Shown: piece by piece, positions 46,796 to 55,069 of the stretch
Layout of the letters: every line of letters begins with the position of its first letter
Numbering within the stretch: position 1 is the first letter of the stretch
From: a virus
Virus record (IMG/VR): IMGVR_UViG_3300043185_000079
Length of the DNA: 64,000 nucleotides
Strand: one strand, 5' to 3'
Notes under the pieces: model-generated
Told to the model about the DNA's origin: nothing
Databases searched by the model: none
Seen by the model: only the letters and a program-made list of their open reading frames with translations
Made by a program: the position numbers and the translations under genes

Positions 46796-47624
46796 CTTCG
46801 ACCCTGTAAAGGCCACACTCGGGACGTTGTGTCGTAATGGGCATGACTACGACGGTACTGGTCAGAGCTTGCGTCGACTGAAGGAAAGGCGTGGGGTTGT
46901 TGTTCCTGCGGATTGTCTGCAATGTCAGCGCGAAGACAGAAAGAGACGATACGCCAGTGATCCCGAGCAGGCAAAGGCGTCTGCCAAACAGTGGTATGCC
47001 CAGAATCGGGAGCGAGTAGCAGATACCTTTCGCTCCTACTACCGGGAACACCGGCAAAAGCTACTCGAGTATCAGACCAGATACCGAGAAGAGAACGCGG
47101 ACCTCGTAAAGACCAGGAGATCTGTTTACTATCTTCGCGAGCGCGAGCAGATCAGGGCCAAGAGTCGTGCGTGGTATGTACTGAACAAACTGCGGGCGAA
47201 GGAATCCAGAGCAGCGTGGCGGCTCAGAAATCTCGTCAAAGTACGGGCATGGAACAGGTGGTATTCCGCTACCTCTCGGGGCCAAGAGCGTGCTCGAAGA
47301 GCCGCCACAAAGTACAGGATGCACAAGGTGACCCAACACGGCTCAGTGACCGTCGCATACAAGGAGGCGATGCTCGCAGCTCTAGGAGGTCGATGTCCTC
47401 ATTGTGGCGTCGTCTTGACGGTGTCTGGCCGACTGTCTCCGTCCTCCCTTACGTGGGATCATGTAGTGCCCCTCTCACACAACGGGCGCGACGACAACGG
47501 CAATCTCCTTCCTCTCTGTCATTCCTGCAACGCGAGTAAGGGGGATAGAACTCCCGAGCAATGGCTAGGACGTCCTGTCACTTGCGTTGCCGATTTGTTC
47601 GAGGATCTGAAGCATGCTCAATGA
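46788..47624 (+). CDS. HNH homing endonuclease between the split-intein halves
   Basis: CPHC...TWDHVVPLSHNGRDDNGNLLPLCHSCNASKG; overlaps both flanking genes; lower GC. Confidence 0.9.
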   Translation: MRDFDPVKATLGTLCRNGHDYDGTGQSLRRLKERRGVVVPADCLQCQREDRKRRYASDPEQAKASAKQWYAQNRERVADTFRSYYREHRQKLLEYQTRYREENADLVKTRRSVYYLREREQIRAKSRAWYVLNKLRAKESRAAWRLRNLVKVRAWNRWYSATSRGQERARRAATKYRMHKVTQHGSVTVAYKEAMLAALGGRCPHCGVVLTVSGRLSPSSLTWDHVVPLSHNGRDDNGNLLPLCHSCNASKGDRTPEQWLGRPVTCVADLFEDLKHAQ

Positions 47625-48507
47625 GGAGTCCAAGCGTAGGCTCAGAAGAGCTTTCCAGGAGGGACGGCTTCGTATCCTTTCGGTGTCTCCTGAAGGGCAA
47701 CAGCAGTGGAAACGTGTTTTAGCCGTTCACCGTGCCGAGGTAGGCCAGGAATCGATCTGGGAAGCCCTCACGGAACACGGGCCTATGGTACTCACGGGAG
47801 GTCACAGGGTTTTTGTCTCTCCGACCGAGAAGACGGAGATGGAAAACCTCCGTTCTGGCCAGAAGGTGCTCGGCGTCCTTGCGGATCAAGTCGGTGCCCC
47901 TACTCTCTTAGCCCTTAGGCGCGTTGAAGACCGCAAGTTCATGTACGACTTGACCGCCGAGGACTGGCATAACTTCGTTTTGCACAAGTCGAAGGTCGTA
48001 GTCAGCAACTCCCCGGATCGCAACTACCACTTTCGGCCGCCGGAACAGGAAGGCGTCATCAAGAAGTACAACCGTGTATTCGGATACATCTGGGAGGACT
48101 ACGAGCTGCTCTGCTATCTCCAGATGGGCTTGGATTGGTTTAACTCCTTCCCGCCGGAGACGGAGAGTATCCGGACCCTCAATGACCTCTGTGCCCGTAA
48201 GCCTGTGTGGCGGACGTTCATCCTCTGGGCTGCCGCCGTACATGCGCTGTTCGCATTGAGTGCGAATTGGGTGGCGGACGAATTTTCGTACTCCATCGGA
48301 GGTATCTCGCTCGACATCGAGAAGTCGTCGAAGTACGAGTCGCTCAAGAACAACGCCGAACAGCAGCTCGACAAGGCCACGGAGGCCAAGTCGAGGACCG
48401 TCAAGTTCATTCGAGGCCTACAGCAGCCGAAGTTCGGATTCGGCGTGCGTTCGGCTTTTGGCCCCGCGGTCGGCCGGGGGGTTCTTTCTCCTAGGAGTTT
48501 TGTGTAA
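47614..48507 (+). CDS. Fractured gene, C-half: 132-aa C-intein plus C-extein (probable neck/head-completion protein)
   Basis: Block B LTGGHRVF, block F MYDLTAEDWHNF, terminal SN|S at 48009/48010; extein FSYSIGGISLDIEKSSKY. Confidence 0.8.
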   Translation: MLNEESKRRLRRAFQEGRLRILSVSPEGQQQWKRVLAVHRAEVGQESIWEALTEHGPMVLTGGHRVFVSPTEKTEMENLRSGQKVLGVLADQVGAPTLLALRRVEDRKFMYDLTAEDWHNFVLHKSKVVVSNSPDRNYHFRPPEQEGVIKKYNRVFGYIWEDYELLCYLQMGLDWFNSFPPETESIRTLNDLCARKPVWRTFILWAAAVHALFALSANWVADEFSYSIGGISLDIEKSSKYESLKNNAEQQLDKATEAKSRTVKFIRGLQQPKFGFGVRSAFGPAVGRGVLSPRSFV

Positions 48508-48510
48508 AAT

Positions 48511-50190
48511 GTGAGTTTTCTCACGTCCACGGCCCTCCCGAAGCACACGAACGGCTGCTCCAAGTGGGAGGCGGTGATCGGGGTTCCTCCTTCCGAGTTC
48601 GACTTTGACAGGCACTTCCAACGGGGCCTGTGGGCCTCTGGGGCGGTCGAGGGGACCGACTACGTCCGATGCCTCCTCTGTGCCAAAGAGGGGACAGAGG
48701 CCCGTGTGAAGCGTCTGGCGGACCACCTCAAGCGGCTGCATGGCGGCATGTCACGGGCACAGTACGGGGCTCAATTTCCAGGGGCTCCCGTTGTCGCTCG
48801 ATCTTCGGGGGCCAAGCGTCAGGAGACCACCCAGTTGCGGTACGGAGTGGACAACGTCGGGCAGACCGATGAGGTCAAGGCGAAGACGCGTCGAGCTGCA
48901 CAGGCCAAGTACGGGGTCAGTCATCATCTCCAAGCGACAGAGGTGATCGCCCGTCGGGCTGAGACCAATTTGGAGAAGTATGGAACAGAGAACGTGTTCG
49001 CCTCCGAGGAAATCAAGGCCAAGATCCGAGCGACGAACCTAGAACGTTATGGCGCGGAGAATCCTCAACAAGCAGCAGAGATCAGAAGGCGTACGGAACA
49101 GACAACCCTCGCACGCCACGGAGCCTCGTCCTTCCTCCACTCTCCTGCGTGGTGCTTAGAGTTGGCGAGGAAGCGCGCCGAACGGGAACGACGGCAGCGT
49201 GAGGAGTTGATCAGGTCGGCTAACTACCAAATCTGCCCGCACTGCGACGAGGCGTTCACCAGGATCACGAGCCGCCACAAGGCGATCTGCGATGGCTGGC
49301 CCGACACAGAGATACCGGAGCCGTGTCTGTGCGGTCACGAGAGTACGAGCCTCACGCAGATGAAACGGCATCGACAGATCTGTGTTGTCTGGACGCTGCG
49401 CGATGCGGGCGCGGTGGCTCGTGCACGGTATCTACAGACTATGTTGGAGCGGCATGGAGTAGTACATCCGCTTCAATCGGAAGAGATCCAATCACGGATG
49501 GCGGCGACCAATCGAGAACGATACGGCGTAGACAATGTGTTTGAAGGAGACTCTCCCTTCTATGCTGAAATTCAAGCGGCTCTTGTGGGGAAACGTCCTG
49601 TTCTCCGAGGCGATGACAACCCGTTCGCTTGGCCGCAGGTGAAGGAGAAGATCTTGCGCGAGTGTCTCGCCAAGGTAGGCCACGAGTTCCCAGACTTCCC
49701 GGAGGCGGCCACTACGGTGGAGGATCTCGTCGAGCGTTACGGCATGACGCATCCAATGCAGGATCGGGATTTCGCGCGGACGATACTGCTCGCGCAGGGC
49801 ACGAACCGCGAACCGAACGGTCCTGAGCGGATGGTTCAGGTGTTGGAACCTCGACTGATGTACACAGGTGATCGGAAGTTCTGGAGGTGGCTTCCCCGGC
49901 TCGGACGGCACAAGAACCCCGACTTCGTGCTCCCCGGACCCGTGCCAGACCATCCTTTCCGCGACTTGCGTAAGGTGGTGGAGGTCAACGGAGACTGGTG
50001 GCACAGCGAGAAGTTCACGGACATGTGGCCCTTTGAGCACGAGTCTGAACTCGTGGCGGCTTACGCCGAGGTCGGTCTAGAGTGCTTGGTGGTCTGGGAG
50101 TCCGAGGTCAAGAGCGACCCTGAGGGAGTGCGTGCGCGGCTGCGCGCGTTTCTCGGAGGTAGCCTGCCTACGCCCGTTGCTTCGGCATGA
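48511..50190 (+). CDS. Putative homing endonuclease (TxLExYGV repeats plus Vsr/PD-(D/E)XK-like domain)
   Basis: Repeated T..E(R/K)YG..N motifs; C-terminal PDFV...VEVNGDWWH...LVVWESE. Confidence 0.75.
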   Translation: MSFLTSTALPKHTNGCSKWEAVIGVPPSEFDFDRHFQRGLWASGAVEGTDYVRCLLCAKEGTEARVKRLADHLKRLHGGMSRAQYGAQFPGAPVVARSSGAKRQETTQLRYGVDNVGQTDEVKAKTRRAAQAKYGVSHHLQATEVIARRAETNLEKYGTENVFASEEIKAKIRATNLERYGAENPQQAAEIRRRTEQTTLARHGASSFLHSPAWCLELARKRAERERRQREELIRSANYQICPHCDEAFTRITSRHKAICDGWPDTEIPEPCLCGHESTSLTQMKRHRQICVVWTLRDAGAVARARYLQTMLERHGVVHPLQSEEIQSRMAATNRERYGVDNVFEGDSPFYAEIQAALVGKRPVLRGDDNPFAWPQVKEKILRECLAKVGHEFPDFPEAATTVEDLVERYGMTHPMQDRDFARTILLAQGTNREPNGPERMVQVLEPRLMYTGDRKFWRWLPRLGRHKNPDFVLPGPVPDHPFRDLRKVVEVNGDWWHSEKFTDMWPFEHESELVAAYAEVGLECLVVWESEVKSDPEGVRARLRAFLGGSLPTPVASA

Positions 50191-50290
50191 TCTCGAGCGC
50201 GAGGAGAGTCACCCACGACGCGGTCTTGGTCGCGGCATTGGGGCGACGGGGAATGGTTTCGCCCGGCTCGTGGTAGCGGTTCTGTCGCCT

Positions 50291-50304
50291 GGTAGTTCGA
50301 CTAT
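50291..50304 (+). promoter_or_regulatory. Putative phage promoter motif copy (GGTAGTTCGACTAT)
   Basis: Intergenic, upstream of ATG 50322. Confidence 0.5.
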
Positions 50305-50321
50305 TGGTTGTCCAACATCAA

Positions 50322-53198
50322 ATGGTCCCGGGCTCCATCCTTGTTCTGCGTGCGATCCACACGGGAGTTCTCCCGGACGGACGGCCGAACTTGGCGTCGG
50401 TGTTGATCGATGATGCGGATTTTGGGTTTGAGCAGCAACATCGAAAAACTGCGGTGTACGTCCCGGTTGGTGGCTTCATCGATCTCGCTTTGACCTCGAG
50501 GACTTTGTTCTCGTTGACAGACGGGAACATCGCAGGGCACGTCCGCACGGGTGTCTTGCGGGTCGACATGTTCATCCGTCTCCGCAACCCTGCGGATCTC
50601 GGCGGTCCGCTCGGGGCTGGTGTCCCTCTTGCGGGAGCGGTCCCGAACCTTCAGCGTGTGGGCGGAGTTCTCCAACTGGTGATCGATGCTGCGACTGCCC
50701 AAGGGTACATCCTGGGCGAGTCCCTGACGGTAGCCGGGCTGGTGGGTGCTCTGCGTCCCCTCAATGGGACGTACACGATCTCTGCGGTTGCCAAGGGGGA
50801 GAATTTTGCCGGGGTGTCTCCGGTCCATTTTCTCCTCTCTGTCCCGTCTGCCGGTCCCGACATTGCAGCAGTGACACTTGCGGGGGTCACCCTGACTCTC
50901 CCCGATGGGAAGGTTCGTATTGAGTTATCCGGTTCAGGAAACGCGGGTGGGATTTCGGCTGAGTCTGCGCTCTACGTTGGCGGCGACGCGAACGTAGTGG
51001 GGGCGATTGATCCGACCTCACAGCAGATGACTCCGGTGCCTTCTGCTGGTGTTGCTCCTGTGTCGTTCTTCGTCCAGGACATCGACGGGGTTCCCTACTT
51101 CAAGGATGCTGCCGGAGTTCTCCACGCCATGGTGGGTGGGGGTGGAGGAGGTGGTGGTGGGAATGACGTGGTGTACCGGCCAGGGGGGACGGCGGGAGGG
51201 AACGTCTACACGACCTGGGCCACGGCGTACGCGGCGGCGCTCACGGTTTTGCCGGCACGGATTATCGTCGACAGCTCGTTGGTGAGTCCTGCTCCGCTGG
51301 ATGCAGGGGCGTGGGACATGGCGGGGATGTCCTTGGCGGGGACATTCAACAGCATCGTCCCAAGCTGGCTGGAGATCCAGGACGGGGCAACGATCACGAA
51401 CCTCTTCTACGTCACGAACTTGTTGCAGATTTCAAGCGTTAGCTCGCTGCCTGCAATCACGCCTCTTCCCTTCATCGCATTCCTCCTGGATTACGGGGCT
51501 TCGTTGTTGGGAACTGGGCCGGCTCCCATCATTGAGTTTTCCAGCTCCTCGGGGTTCGTCCTTCAATTTCTCGGATCACAGATCATCGGTCCCAACGCCA
51601 TCGGTGTGGTGGCTCCGAACGTGGTAGGAATTGCTCTGTATGCTTCGACGTTTCTGAGCAACGACAGCATCACGGGGACCGGAAGTCTCGATATCTTCAT
51701 TCGAGATGCCACGTCGAGCATTGGTGACGTACAGACGGGGTTGACGGGAGGGGTTTCTGTCAATCTTGACCTGGCTTCTTCCCAAATCGGGTTCAGTACA
51801 AGCAGTTTCCTGGCGTCTACGGATGTCCAATCCGCGATCAACGAGTTGGCGAACTTGTCCGGGGTTCCGGTTTTCGTGTTCCGGCCAAGCGCTGGTACTT
51901 CAGGGAACATCTACGACGACTGGTTCGCTCTGATGGGCACCGTGGTGCAGGTTCTTCCGCATCGGCCCATGATCGTGTTCGACGACACCTTCGCGCCATG
52001 CACAGTCCCGGCAGGCGTTTGGGACCTGACGGGGGTGACCTTGGCGGGTCGGTCAACGCTCCTTTTTGGAGGACCTACCGGCACGTCAGTGACCTTGGCT
52101 GACGGGTGCGTGTTCTTGAATCTGGAGAGGGTCACGGGCCATCTGGACCTCATTTCGATCAGCATGGCGCCCGTCTTTTCGTGTATCGGTACACAGAACT
52201 ATCTGGTGATTGAGGAGGGGTCGAGTCTTCGGGCTACGGGGACGGACTCGTTTCTCAGTGTGGCTTCCGCAACTTTGACCGTTGAGTTGCGGGACGGAGC
52301 GAAGTTCCTTGCCGGGCCTTCTCCTGTTCTACAGAATGATCCCCCAGGTGGGACCGCTGTTCTCATCATCAATGATGGGGCAGTGGTAGAGGCGGACACG
52401 TTGGGTGGGACGATTGGGGGGACTTGGACAGTCATCTTCCGGTCCCCTGCCCACCAATTCTCCGGCACTCAAACGGGCCTGACTGACGTCTTGACACGTC
52501 GGTACGAGTATCCGCTTGGACCTGGATCCGGGGGATTTGGGTACTTCTTCGACGACTTCACCTCCACCGTGGTAGCCAGCTCGCTGCAGTGGAGCGCAAC
52601 CGCCAACGGAGCGGGCAGTGGCGTGTTCGTGGATACGACCTTGGCCACTGCCGCGAACCCAGGGATCAGGCGTCTGGATACCGGGACCACGGCTGCGGGT
52701 CGAGGACTACTTCGGCAGAGCCCCACGATGGCGTACTTGGGGATGAGTGGGGAGTCGTTTGTTGAATGGGTTGTCCGAATCCCGACGTTGTCCACAGTGG
52801 GTGTCGAGGACTATTTCGTGAATGTTGGGTGGAACAACAACACAACCGGAACACAAGGGACGCAAGCGATTGCTTTCCGCTACGATGACGGGAATTGGAT
52901 CGCGTATGCCCGGGCTGGTGCTGCGGTCGACACCTCGACCATCGACACGGGTATTGCTCCTGTTGCGGGGGCCTGGACGAAGCTGCGCATTGAGACGACC
53001 CCCGCAGGGGCGTTTTTCTACATCGGGACGAGCCCGGGGACCTTGACTCTCGCAGCGACAATGCTCCCAGCCGTCTTGCCGACCACCCTTGGGCTCCTGG
53101 CCCCCATGGCGATCATCCAAAAACAGGCTGGATTGCTGAGTCGGACCATGTTCGTGGACTACTGCCACTTCGGCTACACGCTGTACACGTCGAGGTAA
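50322..53198 (+). CDS. Fibre/appendage-like structural protein
   Basis: N-terminal ~230 aa paralogous to the 55070 gene; poly-Gly hinge; duplicated central beta-rich unit; lectin-like C-terminal domain (FFDDF...W...). Confidence 0.65.
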   Translation: MVPGSILVLRAIHTGVLPDGRPNLASVLIDDADFGFEQQHRKTAVYVPVGGFIDLALTSRTLFSLTDGNIAGHVRTGVLRVDMFIRLRNPADLGGPLGAGVPLAGAVPNLQRVGGVLQLVIDAATAQGYILGESLTVAGLVGALRPLNGTYTISAVAKGENFAGVSPVHFLLSVPSAGPDIAAVTLAGVTLTLPDGKVRIELSGSGNAGGISAESALYVGGDANVVGAIDPTSQQMTPVPSAGVAPVSFFVQDIDGVPYFKDAAGVLHAMVGGGGGGGGGNDVVYRPGGTAGGNVYTTWATAYAAALTVLPARIIVDSSLVSPAPLDAGAWDMAGMSLAGTFNSIVPSWLEIQDGATITNLFYVTNLLQISSVSSLPAITPLPFIAFLLDYGASLLGTGPAPIIEFSSSSGFVLQFLGSQIIGPNAIGVVAPNVVGIALYASTFLSNDSITGTGSLDIFIRDATSSIGDVQTGLTGGVSVNLDLASSQIGFSTSSFLASTDVQSAINELANLSGVPVFVFRPSAGTSGNIYDDWFALMGTVVQVLPHRPMIVFDDTFAPCTVPAGVWDLTGVTLAGRSTLLFGGPTGTSVTLADGCVFLNLERVTGHLDLISISMAPVFSCIGTQNYLVIEEGSSLRATGTDSFLSVASATLTVELRDGAKFLAGPSPVLQNDPPGGTAVLIINDGAVVEADTLGGTIGGTWTVIFRSPAHQFSGTQTGLTDVLTRRYEYPLGPGSGGFGYFFDDFTSTVVASSLQWSATANGAGSGVFVDTTLATAANPGIRRLDTGTTAAGRGLLRQSPTMAYLGMSGESFVEWVVRIPTLSTVGVEDYFVNVGWNNNTTGTQGTQAIAFRYDDGNWIAYARAGAAVDTSTIDTGIAPVAGAWTKLRIETTPAGAFFYIGTSPGTLTLAATMLPAVLPTTLGLLAPMAIIQKQAGLLSRTMFVDYCHFGYTLYTSR

Positions 53199-53201
53199 CC
53201 C

Positions 53202-53510
53202 ATGACCGGAGAGTATCAAGCAGCGATTTCGTTCAAGGGAGATGGGACCGTCCGACTCAACGATGGGTTTTCAGCCACCTCGAAAACAGGAACGGGGGTC
53301 TACGAGGCAGTCCTCGAGAACGGGATGGGCACCGCGGAAGCGTGCATCCTGGTCACTCCGTGGTTCCCTGCGGCCGCAACTCAAGTGCCTCGGTATGCCT
53401 CGGTGACGTTGCTTGACGACGGCGTCACGGTTCGTATCTCGGTCTTTGATTCCGCAGGTGTTGCGGTTGATGGCGCGACCTGTGTGCTCGTCTACAGGAT
53501 AGCCGTATGA
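53202..53510 (+). CDS. Small structural/fibre-associated protein
   Basis: KTGTGVYE motif typical of fibre tip domains. Confidence 0.5.
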   Translation: MTGEYQAAISFKGDGTVRLNDGFSATSKTGTGVYEAVLENGMGTAEACILVTPWFPAAATQVPRYASVTLLDDGVTVRISVFDSAGVAVDGATCVLVYRIAV

Positions 53511-53745
53511 TGTGGCTCTGCGCCTCTCCTGCGCCCTACCTGTGCCATGTCTTACCGGTGGTGGGGTGCTCGGTGTTTCGTCTTCCTGATGGTCGTGTCA
53601 TGCGGTTCTGCATCGCCCGGACGGAACCCCCAGTTCGCGAGAGAGAGGTGACTCCTACTTGTGGCAAAGGCACGGGTTCCAGGGCGTTTGGAATTCCGGG
53701 GTAGGCATCGGAACTTGACGACATGAGTTTTACAGGAACGTCCTC

Positions 53746-53934
53746 GTGGCCTGCATCCACAAGTCGAAGCCTGGCCAGCCATCCAAGGTCGTTGTCCCGA
53801 TCCCGATCAGGCAGATCGGAGCTGGTGACGTCGTCAAGAAGGTGACGACGGCCTTTGGCATGAGGACGTGCGGGCTCTGCGAGCAGAGGCGCAGGTGGCT
53901 GAACTCCAAGCTCGTCTTCGGCGTACGTAGATAG
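53746..53934 (+). CDS. Small Cys protein (GAGD.V...T...G...C..C..R...LN family)
   Basis: Motif visible in the translation. Confidence 0.55.
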   Translation: MACIHKSKPGQPSKVVVPIPIRQIGAGDVVKKVTTAFGMRTCGLCEQRRRWLNSKLVFGVRR

Positions 53935-53938
53935 GGCC

Positions 53939-54172
53939 ATGAATGACGAGGATCCCGATCCCGGTCCCTGCCCCGTCCGAGGCAGGTGCTCGCTGTTTCC
54001 CATCCTGAGAGAGCGAGAGGCCCTCGGGTACTGGCTGGGGGCCTACTGTTTGTCGGAATTCGTCCGCTGCGCCAGGTACGAGGAGACGAGACGAGGCGGG
54101 GTTGTTTCGTCTCTTCTTCTCCCGAACGGGCGGCACATGGGAGCCGACGACGCGGGGGACGAATCACAGTAG
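53939..54172 (+). CDS. Small Cys-rich protein
   Basis: CP...C.LF...YC...CARY...LLPNG. Confidence 0.55.
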   Translation: MNDEDPDPGPCPVRGRCSLFPILREREALGYWLGAYCLSEFVRCARYEETRRGGVVSSLLLPNGRHMGADDAGDESQ

Positions 54173-54430
54173 CGGCGCGAGGCCGTGCATCTTCCGCGCG
54201 TCATTGCACGTCGAGGACCCGGGCAGGAAGTCCCTGCACGCCTCCGGGCGCTGCGCGTAAATCGAGCACGACACGTGGACTCCTACGTTCCCGCGCAGCC
54301 CCGAGCACATGACGCGGCCACGGTGGGTGACGCATGGTTCTCCGTCCTGGCGCAGCATGCCTCGCACCTGGAGCACAGGTCCGCAGCATGCGCCGCAAGC
54401 CAGGCAGGGATTGTCCGCGGCCTCCTCCAT
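54164..54430 (-). CDS. YkgJ-family cysteine-cluster (putative Fe-S/Zn) protein
   Basis: CLACGACC...C..L.G.VG..VSCSIY..RP.ACRDF.PGS..C..AR...GL. Confidence 0.85.
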   Translation of the reverse strand: MEEAADNPCLACGACCGPVLQVRGMLRQDGEPCVTHRGRVMCSGLRGNVGVHVSCSIYAQRPEACRDFLPGSSTCNDARKMHGLAPLL

Positions 54431-54493
54431 GCTCGTTGTACCCGTATCGGGTCTCTCGCGTCGCTTGTCTGTTTATCTCCATCCCGTCCTGAG

Positions 54494-54754
54494 ATGGTCA
54501 CGATCCCTGCGCCGTGCCCCACGTGCCGCGGGTCTGGCACTGTGATGGTCGTGCCCGCCGGCTGCCCACGATGGCTGGAGCCCACGCTGCTCTCTCTAGC
54601 GAGATGCCTAGCGTGTCGCGGGGAGGGTCGAGCAGACTGGCGAGAACCGACCGACGTCGAGCTGGTTGAGGCGTGGGACGCGGGAGGAGGATTTGCCAGC
54701 CGGGAGATGGCGGCGGCGATGTCCGCTCCGGGAGACGGCCCGACGACGAGGTAG
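54494..54754 (+). CDS. Small DnaJ-type Zn-finger protein
   Basis: CPTCRGSG...CLACRGEG; promoter-like motif at 54463-54476. Confidence 0.5.
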   Translation: MVTIPAPCPTCRGSGTVMVVPAGCPRWLEPTLLSLARCLACRGEGRADWREPTDVELVEAWDAGGGFASREMAAAMSAPGDGPTTR

Positions 54755-54759
54755 GGCCC

Positions 54760-54980
54760 ATGGATCCGCCGGCGAGTCCCCATCGCCACGCTCAAGATCG
54801 CGTATGTCGAGGAACAGGAACGACGATAGTTCCCCCCGGCTGCTCCAGGCAGCTGGAGCCCTTCTTTCTCTCGCGATACGCCATGGTTGTCATGGGTGAG
54901 CCAACTGGGAAAGTCTGACCGATGTCGAGCTGGTTGAGGCATGGGACGCCTGCGGCGGTTTGTGCCTTTCCGCGATGATA
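54760..54980 (+). pseudogene. Decayed tandem duplicate of the 54494 gene
   Basis: Frameshifted remnants CRGTG...PPGC..LEP and TDVELVEAWDA; 33-nt repeat with 2 mismatches (54649-54681 vs 54917-54949). Confidence 0.6.
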
Positions 54981-55010
54981 CAGCGGCGTCTTCGCGCATC
55001 CTCGGTTCCC

Positions 55011-55024
55011 GATAATCACTCGAT
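55011..55024 (+). promoter_or_regulatory. Putative phage promoter motif copy (GATAATCACTCGAT)
   Basis: Intergenic, upstream of ATG 55070. Confidence 0.4.
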
Positions 55025-55069
55025 AAGTGGGACTCGACAGAAGCCGTACACCGGCAGCTTGTTCACGCC

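Noticed and set aside
50241-50315. tRNA-like sequence (GGTAG-TTCGA-CTATT, TGGTAG, nearby CCA)
   Set aside because: The T-loop would be 5 nt, and no acceptor or anticodon stems can be built; better explained as a hairpin plus the promoter motif.
54649-54949. 33-nt direct repeat as a DGR template/variable pair or a CRISPR repeat
   Set aside because: Only two copies 268 nt apart, mismatches are not adenine-specific, no reverse transcriptase or cas gene is present, and the flanks are paralogous coding sequence.
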